From an uncultured Acidobacteriota bacterium (lineage in GTDB: Bacteria > Acidobacteriota > UBA6911): a DNA stretch of 64,000 nucleotides. Where the stretch lies: NCBI GenBank assembly GCA_963809485.1, contig CAWEJX010000001.1:64001-128000 (forward strand). Direction: 5' to 3'. The translations under genes and the position numbers were made by a program. A model generated the notes under the pieces. That model saw nothing but the letters and a program-made list of their open reading frames with translations. It did no database searches and had not been told where the DNA came from. Positions 20,953-29,756 of this stretch are shown in pieces (position 1 is the stretch's first letter; each line of letters starts with the position of its first letter).

Positions 20953-21390
20953 CTATCTCTTCACGCGCTTGATGGTAAGGTCGCTGCTCTGAAGCCGGAC
21001 TGCCTGCAGCGAATCCAGCAGATTGCCGGGCTTGATGCGCTCCGGCTCGATCGCGATCACCCGCACCTTGTAGGAGAGCCCCGCACCCTGGCCACCGTAT
21101 TCCCCGAAATGGCATATGGCCCGCCACCGGTAGCCGCCCGCTTCATCAACGTGGGTTTCATCGACGGTTGCGGGATATGTTTTCCAGCCGCCAATGCCCG
21201 GCTCATACACCAGGACGTAGACTGCCAAACCTGGATCCTCGACCGTGCCTTCGAGCAGGGTGCTGTAGGACACTTCTTGGGCTATTGTCTGGATATCCTG
21301 CCGGTTGAGCCTGTCTATGGTCAGGCGGGATTGCGGGAATACAGTCGCCGCCAACAGCAGGGCCGAAAGAACGCCGCATGCCAAGCGCAT
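20953..21390 (-). CDS. Exported hypothetical protein, first gene of the Rhs operon
   Basis: Signal peptide MRLACGVLSALLLAATVFPQ; SD GGAGG; beta-strand-like pattern; 9 nt upstream of the Rhs start. Confidence 0.7.
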   Translation of the reverse strand: MRLACGVLSALLLAATVFPQSRLTIDRLNRQDIQTIAQEVSYSTLLEGTVEDPGLAVYVLVYEPGIGGWKTYPATVDETHVDEAGGYRWRAICHFGEYGGQGAGLSYKVRVIAIEPERIKPGNLLDSLQAVRLQSSDLTIKRVKR

Positions 21391-21508
21391 GATTGCCTCC
21401 ATTTGGTTCAGGGTGCACTGCAAAAAAGGCGCAGTCGAATCTCTATGGTCTGGTCCTGACTTACGTTTCAGGAAAAAGCTGGAATGCCGGATATTCGATA
21501 ATGTATGG

Positions 21509-21538
21509 ATTGTAGATAATTCGAAAAAAAAAAATCAA
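21509..21538 (-). promoter_or_regulatory. Putative sigma70 promoter of the Rhs operon with T11 tract
   Basis: TTGATT-N18-TACAAT on minus strand; A11 at 21524-21534 on plus strand. Confidence 0.5.
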
Positions 21539-21670
21539 GAGGAATATTCGATTGAATGCTGGGTGACAGGATGGGCTATTGCTGCAGCAGATTACAGGGC
21601 ATTTATCTTGGAGAGGGAAGCTTAGGCTGGATTGATTGAAATGGGCTTAGGATTGGGGGGGAAGGCAAAT

Positions 21671-21703
21671 CAAAGGGACACCTCAGAAGAGGCGTCCCTT
21701 TTG
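21671..21703 (-). terminator. Intrinsic terminator after the PPIase gene
   Basis: Minus strand AAAGGGACGCCTC-TTCT-GAGGTGTCCCTTT followed by T-rich tail. Confidence 0.75.
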
Positions 21704-21716
21704 AACGGATTAGGGC

Positions 21717-22805
21717 CTACGGATTCAGCGGCTGGCCCGAGGGGATCAGAATTTCGATTTTGGCCTGATCTCTCAACTGGTTGACCAATTGGGTCAGTTC
21801 CACCTGGGCTTTCTGATTTTTTAAAAATTCCGTCAGCTGCGGTTTGACTTCTTCCAGGGTAGACAAACCTTCCTTTTTCTTGTCCGTCACCTTGATCACG
21901 TGATAACCGGCCTGGGTTTTGACCAAAGCGACGCCTCCGACCGGAAGCGAGAAGGCAGCATTCGCATACTCCGAATTCAGGTTTTCCTTTGAGGCGAATC
22001 CCACATCCCCGCCTTGGGAAGCCGATGCATCCATCGAGTTCTCTTTGGCAAGCTTGGCGAAATCCTCGCCTTTTTTGGCGCGGGCCAGCAGGGCTTCCGC
22101 GCGCTTTTTGGCCAGGGCGTCCTGTTCGGCCGTATCTCCAGCGGGCTGTATCAGGATGTGGCTCGTTCGGACAATGTCCGGATGCTGAAATTGAGCCGGA
22201 TTGCTCGAATAGTATTTCGCCATCTCTTCCTGGGTAACCGTAACCTTGCTGTTGACATTATCCTCGACGTATTTTGACAAGGCCACGCTCTCATAGAGGT
22301 CCTTCTCCAGGGTGGCGCGGTCCGTCAGCTCACTGGCGAGCGCGATATTCATTTCCGCGTCGCTCTTGAAGTTCTTGGCTATCTTCTGCAACTCGGCCTG
22401 AACCTCCAGGTCGGTAGCCTTTACCCCGCTGGCAACCGCCTTTTCATAAAGAAGCTTCGAATTGATCAATACTCCCAGTGCTTCGGCAACAAGCTGACCG
22501 CGATAATCCTCTCTGAGATTCTTCCATTCCGGATTCCCCAGAGGCGCCAGTTGACGTCGCACAACTCTCTCCAACTCCCTGCCGGAAATGGCCTTTCCGT
22601 TCACACGGGCTACCACGGCGGGAAAAAGGGCACTGGGGTCCGCCTCAGGGGGTTTCTCGTCCTCCGCCGCCTTGGCTTGAGGCTTCGACGTAGATTCGGG
22701 TTCAGGTTGGGCAGCCTTGGGCGATGCCGGCTGAGTTTTGGACTGAGTCTGGGGGAGACACAATCCAACGGATGCGAATAAAAGAATCACCAAAACACTT
22801 CTCAT
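21717..22805 (-). CDS. Peptidyl-prolyl isomerase, SurA/PrsA-like (parvulin)
   Basis: Signal peptide MRSVLVILLF; VVARVNG; HILI, GEDFAKLAKENS, GGDVGF, GYHVIKV. Confidence 0.9.
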   Translation of the reverse strand: MRSVLVILLFASVGLCLPQTQSKTQPASPKAAQPEPESTSKPQAKAAEDEKPPEADPSALFPAVVARVNGKAISGRELERVVRRQLAPLGNPEWKNLREDYRGQLVAEALGVLINSKLLYEKAVASGVKATDLEVQAELQKIAKNFKSDAEMNIALASELTDRATLEKDLYESVALSKYVEDNVNSKVTVTQEEMAKYYSSNPAQFQHPDIVRTSHILIQPAGDTAEQDALAKKRAEALLARAKKGEDFAKLAKENSMDASASQGGDVGFASKENLNSEYANAAFSLPVGGVALVKTQAGYHVIKVTDKKKEGLSTLEEVKPQLTEFLKNQKAQVELTQLVNQLRDQAKIEILIPSGQPLNP

Positions 22806-23035
22806 AGAGGATCTCACGGCTATGGGCCTCTCCTTTTTGCTATAAACAATTAGGTTAACATGTAAGCCTGCCTGGGAAGAACACCAATTTACCATAGGAA
22901 TACATAAACTTCCTTCTCCCGCCATACGGGCAGCCTCCGGGTTAACAGGCACAAAATGGCATCGAATCCATTTTGCGGCTTTGAGTCTTTGCGCCTTTGA
23001 GGTTACCATGGGGATCGCTTTTGTGGGAGTCTCCG

Positions 23036-24484
23036 GTGGGTTTTAATTGGCTGGATGGATGCGTCGTCATCTTTTACCTGATCGCCATCACTTTATACGG
23101 CGCTCAATTCCGCAGAAAACAGCAGTCCATTCATACCTATTTCCTGGGCGGCAAGAACACGCCGGCCTGGGCGCTGTCGCTGTCCATCGTTGCCACAGAA
23201 ACCAGCACTCTCACGATCATCAGCACGCCGGGAATCGCCTATGCGGGAAACCTGACCTTTCTGCAGTTGATCATCGGTTACATGGTGGGACGCGTCTTTA
23301 TCTCCCTGGTTTTAATACCCGCCTACTTCAAGGGGGAAATGTATACGGCGTATGAACTGATGTTGCGCCGGTTTGGCCCCACGACCAAGCATGCGACGGC
23401 CAGCATGTTTCTCATAACGCGCGCCCTGGCTGAGGGAGTCCGGGTGTTTGCCATCGCCATCGTGGTTGGAATCGTGCTGGGTTCCGGCGATATCTGGTCC
23501 ATCCTGATCATCTCCGCCCTTACCCTGATTTACACCTTCGAGGGAGGGCTGACCGCCGTGATCTGGACGGATGTCGTTCAGCTCTTTATATACCTGGGGT
23601 GCACGATCGTGACGTTCTTCGTCATCCTGGGGCTGATCCCCGGCGGCTGGCAGGGAGTGATGACTGCGGCGGGCTCCAAATTCATGCTCTGGGATTTTTC
23701 CGCGAATTTCCACATTCCCTACACGTTCTGGGGCGGCGTGATCGGCGGAGCGTTCCTGAACACCGCCAGCCACGGCGTGGATCAGCTTATCGTTCAGCGC
23801 CTTCTGGCGGCAAGAAACGAGCGGGACGGCAAGATCGCCCTCCTTTCAAGCGGCGTGGTGATATTTTTTCAATTCGCGCTTTTCCTGCTCATAGGAATTA
23901 TGCTTTTCAGTTTCTACCAATTCAATCCCGGCATGGTCCCGCCCGATTCCAACGATAAAATCTTTCCGGCGTTTGTCGTCACCTACCTGCCCCATGGAGT
24001 TCGCGGAATAATGATTGCCGCGATTCTTGCGGCAGCCATGTCGAATTTAAGCAGTTCCCTGAACGCCCTGGCATCCACGACCGTCGTGGATTTTTATCGT
24101 CCCTTCCTGAAGAAAAATGCCGGAGCCGAACAGCAATTGCGCATTTCCCGCTGGATCACCGTGTTCTGGGGGGTCACGCTTACGGCCCTGGCAATTCTTT
24201 CGCGGGGGGTAAAATCGGTCCTGGAAGCCGGTCTGACCATCGCTTCCATTACGTACGGGAGCATGCTCGGAGTCTTTCTGCTGGGTGTGTTGACCAAAAA
24301 GGCGAACGAAAAGGGATCCATTCTGGGAATGGCCGTGGGACTTGTGTCCATGCTGTGTGTCTGGTATTTCAGCGAAATCGCTTTTACGTGGTACGTGCTG
24401 ATCGGCACTGCCATCACCTTCGCGACGGGCTATGCCGCGAGCCTTTTTTTCAGCCGCCAGCCATCTGCCGGCAGCTCAATATGA
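23036..24484 (+). CDS. Sodium:solute symporter (SSS family)
   Basis: YFLGG, SIVATETS, GGLTAVIWTDVVQ, AAMSNLSSSLN; many TM helices. Confidence 0.9.
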   Translation: MGFNWLDGCVVIFYLIAITLYGAQFRRKQQSIHTYFLGGKNTPAWALSLSIVATETSTLTIISTPGIAYAGNLTFLQLIIGYMVGRVFISLVLIPAYFKGEMYTAYELMLRRFGPTTKHATASMFLITRALAEGVRVFAIAIVVGIVLGSGDIWSILIISALTLIYTFEGGLTAVIWTDVVQLFIYLGCTIVTFFVILGLIPGGWQGVMTAAGSKFMLWDFSANFHIPYTFWGGVIGGAFLNTASHGVDQLIVQRLLAARNERDGKIALLSSGVVIFFQFALFLLIGIMLFSFYQFNPGMVPPDSNDKIFPAFVVTYLPHGVRGIMIAAILAAAMSNLSSSLNALASTTVVDFYRPFLKKNAGAEQQLRISRWITVFWGVTLTALAILSRGVKSVLEAGLTIASITYGSMLGVFLLGVLTKKANEKGSILGMAVGLVSMLCVWYFSEIAFTWYVLIGTAITFATGYAASLFFSRQPSAGSSI

Positions 24485-24504
24485 AGCCTCTTGAGACGGC
24501 ACGA

Positions 24505-24867
24505 TTACTCCGGATAGGAGATAATCGTCCGGCGATGCTGCCCTTCCCCGATGACGCGGTCCCCTTCCGTGACACGCACCTCGAACAACAGCCTGCGGCC
24601 ATCCGCCTCCAGCAGCTTGCACCACGATTTGATCTGCGCGCCGACAGGCGCCGCGGCTTTGTGTTTCACATGCACCTCGTAGCCGACGGTGATGTATCCG
24701 GGGGGAAGCAGTTCCTGGGCGAGGTCTTTGCAGACGCCCTCCATCAGGCTGATCATCATGGGCGTTGAAAGCACCGGAACTTTTGTGTGAGTCACGGAAA
24801 GCCCCAGATCTACCGTCACGGTTTGCTCCGACGTCAGTCCGGGCTTGATGCTGTCGAAATCCGGCAT
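24505..24867 (-). CDS. Thioesterase, FlK-like hotdog fold
   Basis: VLSTPMMISLME, TVGYEVHVKHKAA, IGEGQHRR. Confidence 0.85.
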   Translation of the reverse strand: MPDFDSIKPGLTSEQTVTVDLGLSVTHTKVPVLSTPMMISLMEGVCKDLAQELLPPGYITVGYEVHVKHKAAAPVGAQIKSWCKLLEADGRRLLFEVRVTEGDRVIGEGQHRRTIISYPE

Positions 24868-25083
24868 AAATCCTCTCAATGAAAAACTGCGTCCTGGTTG
24901 ATTGTGCGCACTACCTATCCGGCTACTAGAGTATCCAATACAAAATAATTGACAAGAGAATCTATATGCAAAAGGGAGCAGAGGAGCAACCTCCCTAACA
25001 ACAATATGCTCATAAAAGGATTTTTGTGGTATTTTGTCATCCATCTGAATAGCAGCAGTGCGCCTTGCATTCCATACCGGAGA

Positions 25084-25920
25084 ATGTTCGGGATGCTTTA
25101 CAGCGTGGGATCTCCATTGCCGGAGTATCGTGCGAAGGCATCGATTGAGGCCGCCGACGCCGACAATCAGATCCGCGACGACGAGTATGCCAGGCGGTAC
25201 GGATTTCACGCCGGACTGGTTCCAGGGATCTCCGTTTTCGCCTATATGTCCCGTCCCCTGGTCGATTTGATGGAGAGAGACTGGCTGCAACACGGTTCGG
25301 CAGAGGTGCGCTTTGTCCGGCCCATCTACGACGGAGAGGAAATTCGTGTCACCGGACTGGTCTCTTCAATATCAAAGGACGGGACCGCATGCATAGACTA
25401 CCAGGCCGCCAACAATCAGGGAGTGCCCTGCGGAATCGGCAGGGCGCAGTTGCCGCCCCATGCGCCTGAGCCCGAACCCTCGCCTGAAAATTACCCGGCC
25501 GGGAAATCCAGGCTCCACCGCCCCATTTCGCTCGAATCCCTGCAGCCCGGCGAGTTCCTGACGCCCTTCACTTCCGAATTCACCTGGAACGTCCATTGGC
25601 AATACTGCCGGAAATCGATCCGCGACTACCATGCCCTGTACGAAAAGGCGCTGCATCCGGGATGGATTTTAGGCCGGGCCAGCCGCATATTGGCATCCAA
25701 CTACGCGATTCCGGCCTGGATCGACGTTTCCTGCGAGGCACAGAATTATCATCTCCAGGAAGAGGAGTGCTTGGTCGAGACCCGCGGCCGGGTTCACGGC
25801 AAATACGAACGGGGCGGAGATCATTTCATCGTATTGGACCTGGCGGTCTTTGCCCGGAACCATTGCCTGCAGACCATCCGCTACACAGCAATCTTCCACA
25901 TAGCCCTGAGTGCCGCGTAG
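25084..25920 (+). CDS. Double-hotdog MaoC-like protein
   Basis: NQIRDDEYARRYGFHAGLVPG, VRFVRPIYDGE; second hotdog-like half; start uncertain. Confidence 0.7.
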   Translation: MFGMLYSVGSPLPEYRAKASIEAADADNQIRDDEYARRYGFHAGLVPGISVFAYMSRPLVDLMERDWLQHGSAEVRFVRPIYDGEEIRVTGLVSSISKDGTACIDYQAANNQGVPCGIGRAQLPPHAPEPEPSPENYPAGKSRLHRPISLESLQPGEFLTPFTSEFTWNVHWQYCRKSIRDYHALYEKALHPGWILGRASRILASNYAIPAWIDVSCEAQNYHLQEEECLVETRGRVHGKYERGGDHFIVLDLAVFARNHCLQTIRYTAIFHIALSAA

Positions 25921-26022
25921 CAGTGGTTAGAAGTTAGTGGTTAGAAGTTGCTTCTTCATAAGAAGAAGCCATCAGCTGATCATAGATCACCCTAAACTAA
26001 CCGCTAACCGCTAACTACTGCT
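25919..26022. repeat. Short GTTAG/CTAAC-based tandem repeats forming an imperfect inverted pair between convergent genes
   Basis: AGTGGTTAGAAGTT x2 (25922-25949) opposite CTAACCG CTAACCG CTAAC (25997-26015). Confidence 0.6.
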
Positions 26023-27184
26023 TTATCAGAGCCCGCGCGCCGGAACGCATGCCGGCAAGCGTGAGTTCGAACATCGGGAAAATTTTGCGGATCATGCGAG
26101 TGGTTGGAACCGAATCCCACCATTCCCTCGATTCCGGATTGAGCCAGATCACCTTCCTGAACCTTTTCCGGATATCCATCAGCCATTCGATCCCGGGGCG
26201 GTCGTTGCGATACCAGTAATCGATTGCTCCGTTGGGGCTGAGCAGTTCACTCGGAGCCATGTAGGCATCCCCGACCAGAATGACCTTATAGTTCCGGCTG
26301 CTTTGGTCCAGGATTTTCCGGGTGGGAACCGCTTTCCCCTGCCATATATCCGTGTACAGCTCCTGATACACGCAATTGTGGAAGTAATAAAACTGCAGGT
26401 CCTTCACGATATCTTTGGCAGCCGAAAAAAGCCGGCTGACCAGCTCCGAATGAGGTGCCATGGTTCCGCCGGCGTCCATCAGCAGCATGAGCTTGATTCT
26501 TTTCTTTCTGGCCCGGTCCCAGATGAACTCCAGCTCGCCGGCATTGCGGCAGGTTGCGTCGATGGTGCCTTCCACATCCAGCGTATCCTTGGGCCCTTCG
26601 CGCACAACCTGGCGGATATAGCTGAGAGCTGTTTTGATCGACCGCGTATCCAGCGTGACATCGTCGCGGTAATTCCTGAAGCTGCGCTTTTCAGCAATTT
26701 GAACAGCGCTGCGCATCCTGCCCTCGTGCTGACCGATGCGCACTCCGGCAGGGTTGTAGCCCCAGGCGCCATAGGGAGAGCGCCCGCGGACTCCTATGGC
26801 CCGGTTCCCGCCGACATGGGGCTCGTCGTCCTGAGTTCGAAGCTTATCGAGGAAGCCGGCACGGACTTCTTCCAGCGAGAGCTTCTCCACCATCAGCCTT
26901 TCCTCTTCGGTCAGCTCGAGCGGCGGCATCCGGAGCAGTCTCTCCTCGATCCTCTGCAGCAGGTCATCGCTGGATTCGATATGGCCGAAGCATTCCAGGA
27001 AAGCCTGGTCGTATTTGTCGAAATGCGCTTCGGTCTTGACCAGGATCGCGCGCGAGAGATGATAGAACCGCGTCAGCGAGCTATCCATCAGGTTTTCGGA
27101 GAGAGCGTTTTGCAGCAGAAGCCACTCGTTGAAAGTGACCGGGACTCCGTGCCGCCTCAACGATTTGAACAGATTGATAAACAT
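26015..27184 (-). CDS. VWA domain protein (CoxE-like)
   Basis: LLMDAGGTM MIDAS-like motif, YYFHNCVY, ILVGDAYMAP, IWLNP; follows MoxR ATPase. Confidence 0.9.
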   Translation of the reverse strand: MFINLFKSLRRHGVPVTFNEWLLLQNALSENLMDSSLTRFYHLSRAILVKTEAHFDKYDQAFLECFGHIESSDDLLQRIEERLLRMPPLELTEEERLMVEKLSLEEVRAGFLDKLRTQDDEPHVGGNRAIGVRGRSPYGAWGYNPAGVRIGQHEGRMRSAVQIAEKRSFRNYRDDVTLDTRSIKTALSYIRQVVREGPKDTLDVEGTIDATCRNAGELEFIWDRARKKRIKLMLLMDAGGTMAPHSELVSRLFSAAKDIVKDLQFYYFHNCVYQELYTDIWQGKAVPTRKILDQSSRNYKVILVGDAYMAPSELLSPNGAIDYWYRNDRPGIEWLMDIRKRFRKVIWLNPESREWWDSVPTTRMIRKIFPMFELTLAGMRSGARALIKQ

Positions 27185-27201
27185 CCGGCTGCTCCGAAGG
27201 G

Positions 27202-28005
27202 TCAGTGCACCGCGACCCGGGCGACGTCATCCTCGGCCTTGAGCAAAACACCCAAAAACGGGAGCTTTTTGTTCAGCTCGTCTTCGGTAATTCCGGCTGC
27301 GAGGATCACCTGGATCCAGTCCAGCAACTCGCTGGTGGAAGGGCGTTTTCTCAGCTCATGCCTCTGGCGGATGAAGTAGAAGCGCGCGACGATCTGGGAC
27401 AGCAGGTTATGCTTCAGGTTCGGAAAGTGGACCCGCCCGATTTTCTCCATCATGGCCGGATCGGGGAATTCGATGTAATGGAAGAGGCACCGCCGAAGGA
27501 AAGCGTCCGGCAGTTCTTTTTCGCTGTTGCTGGTAATGACGACAATAGGCCGATGCCGGGCCTTGATATGCTCCCCGGTTTCCACGATATCGAAGCTCAT
27601 CTGATCCAGTTCGAACAGTAGATCGTTCGGGAATTCCAGGTCCGCCTTATCGATTTCGTCGATGAGAAGCACTACCTGCTCTTCCGAACAAAGCGCTTCC
27701 CCCAGCTTCCCCAGTTTGATGTATTGCTTGATGTCCGAGACGTCTTTGTCGTGAAACCGTGAATCGTTCAGGCGCTGCACCGTATCGTAGACGTAAAGGC
27801 CATCGCTCGCCTTCGAGGTGGATTTGATGTTCCAGCGGATCAGGCGCAGGCCCAGGTCCTCGGCAATCACCCGCGCCAGTTCCGTTTTCCCTGTACCGGG
27901 CTCTCCCTTGAGAAGCAATGGCCGCTGGAGGACAATCGCGGCGTTGACAATTTCCCGCAATGAATCACTGAGAATATAGCTGTGGATGCCTTTGAATCTG
28001 TTCAT
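27202..28005 (-). CDS. MoxR-family AAA+ ATPase
   Basis: GEPGTGKT, LLIDEIDKAD, ELPDAFLRRC. Confidence 0.93.
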   Translation of the reverse strand: MNRFKGIHSYILSDSLREIVNAAIVLQRPLLLKGEPGTGKTELARVIAEDLGLRLIRWNIKSTSKASDGLYVYDTVQRLNDSRFHDKDVSDIKQYIKLGKLGEALCSEEQVVLLIDEIDKADLEFPNDLLFELDQMSFDIVETGEHIKARHRPIVVITSNSEKELPDAFLRRCLFHYIEFPDPAMMEKIGRVHFPNLKHNLLSQIVARFYFIRQRHELRKRPSTSELLDWIQVILAAGITEDELNKKLPFLGVLLKAEDDVARVAVH

Positions 28006-28136
28006 CGGAATTTGTGAATACCTCCTGACGATGCCTGCGCGCAGGCCGTCGGTTGTCTCCGGCCGGATAGCCCTGCAATCCGGCCTTGCCTAAATTTTTA
28101 GTTTACCATGGCAAGGCGCCGTATCCACTGCCGGAA

Positions 28137-29003
28137 TCACGGATGCTTTCGGCTGAGGATGCGCTCGGCCGCAGCCCTGTGGGGATTGTCGACCAGTTTG
28201 CCGTCCAGGGTGGCGAGGGCTTTGCCGAGGATTTCGGCCGCGTTTAGACCCACCAGCGTTTTTTCAGCCCACTCGATCTCTTCCGGCGTCACATCAAATA
28301 CCTGGTTGATGATCGGGCACTGGTCCGGATGGATGGCGCTCTTGCCGTCAAAACCGAAGCGACGGGCCTGTGCGGCCTCGGAGCGGATCAGGTCGTAGTT
28401 GCGGATGTCAAAGCACGGGGCGTCGATCGCATCGATTCCAGCCGACCGGGCCGAAGTGACGATCAGCTGCAGGGCCAGCAGCAGTTCAAGCCGTTCTTCC
28501 CCGGGCCTGCACCGGACATCATTGACATAATCCGCGGAACCGAAGATCAGGGAACGCATCCTGGGAGACGCGGCGGCAATTTCAGGCGCATGCAGCACGC
28601 CGGCAGCGGATTCGATCATCGCATGCAGCAGGACGGTCCCCGCGGGGATCCCGTGCCTGATTTCAAGCTCCTGGACGGCATGGGCGCCCGCCGCGATTTC
28701 GGCGGCATTTTCGACTTTGGGAAGGCAGATCCCATCGGGGCGCAAGGGCACCACGGCGGCCAGATCGGCCCTCCCGGTCGCTGTAGCAAGACTGTTGACA
28801 CGGACCACGGCCTCATGCCCGTCGAAATTCAGTTCTTTGAGCGCCTGCACGACATTTTCGCGTGCGGATTCCTTCCTGGATAAGGCAACTCCGTCTTCCA
28901 GATTCAGCAGCAGGATATCGGAGGAAGTTTCCAGGGACCGCTGAAGCATCTTATTGCTGTCTCCGGGAACATAGAGCGCGCTGCGCCGAAGATTGTTTTT
29001 CAT
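28137..29003 (-). CDS. CitE/HpcH-family CoA-ester lyase
   Basis: RRSALYVPG, LEDGV, VRVN, PKVE, GFDGKSAIHPDQ. Confidence 0.9.
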   Translation of the reverse strand: MKNNLRRSALYVPGDSNKMLQRSLETSSDILLLNLEDGVALSRKESARENVVQALKELNFDGHEAVVRVNSLATATGRADLAAVVPLRPDGICLPKVENAAEIAAGAHAVQELEIRHGIPAGTVLLHAMIESAAGVLHAPEIAAASPRMRSLIFGSADYVNDVRCRPGEERLELLLALQLIVTSARSAGIDAIDAPCFDIRNYDLIRSEAAQARRFGFDGKSAIHPDQCPIINQVFDVTPEEIEWAEKTLVGLNAAEILGKALATLDGKLVDNPHRAAAERILSRKHP

Positions 29004-29201
29004 CGGATCCACTCCTTTGCCCAACCTGGGATTTTACATGGATTTTGCCGGCCTTTCTATCGGACATGCAAAATCGAGCCGCTCGAAAGAGACCGTCTCG
29101 AACCTCGCCATCATGCCACACAGGGCTTCGAAAATGAGATAGGAACTTTGTTGAGAGCAGACGGCCGATCTAGGGCTGCGTTACGGACCAGCCAAAGCGG
29201 G

Positions 29202-29708
29202 CTAGAGGCCGGCAGAGAAATGGGCGCCGTGCCGGCCGAGCGCAACAATCAGGTACAGGTGGTACAGCGAAACCAGGATGTAGGAAAAGAGGCACAGACG
29301 GGCGGCGTACCGGCCCAGGGTCCATTCCTTGTGCAGCATGATGAGGCCCATCGGCAGGATGGTCATAACCGCCTTTAATCCAAAAAATGCCGGCAGCCCG
29401 CCCTGGTTCAGGACGGCCTTCATAACGGGATTTAGTTCGTATGCGGATCCTCCATGAACATGAAAACCCGTCAGGATGGCATCACCGAGCGAAAGAACCA
29501 GTACAGCAGCCGCGATGCTCCAGGTCCGCAGATCATAGACATCCACATATCCGCCGGCGTCCGCCTTCCGCCGCCCGCTCTTTCCTCTCCTGCGCGGGCC
29601 GCTGCGGAAAATGGCAGCCAGCATCGACCGCTTTCTACGGTCGACTCCGGATCGCCTCTCCGCGAAGACCGTCCCGCTTGAAAAATCCGAGTGCAATTTC
29701 TCTTTCAT
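29202..29708 (-). CDS. Membrane protein, DUF5658-like
   Basis: LSLGDAILT, ELNPVM, three TM segments; Arg-rich N-terminus. Confidence 0.65.
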   Translation of the reverse strand: MKEKLHSDFSSGTVFAERRSGVDRRKRSMLAAIFRSGPRRRGKSGRRKADAGGYVDVYDLRTWSIAAAVLVLSLGDAILTGFHVHGGSAYELNPVMKAVLNQGGLPAFFGLKAVMTILPMGLIMLHKEWTLGRYAARLCLFSYILVSLYHLYLIVALGRHGAHFSAGL

Positions 29709-29756
29709 TCTCAATGGGTTATTATCGGCCGCGTATCGGGGAGCTTTACGCTCAAG

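Noticed and set aside
16239-21390. Type VI secretion effector locus
   Set aside because: No vgrG, PAAR, hcp or chaperone gene visible, and signal peptides are present; T6SS genes elsewhere in the genome cannot be excluded
21676-21684. GGACACC match to the transposon end
   Set aside because: Part of the terminator stem; a 7-bp match is expected by chance
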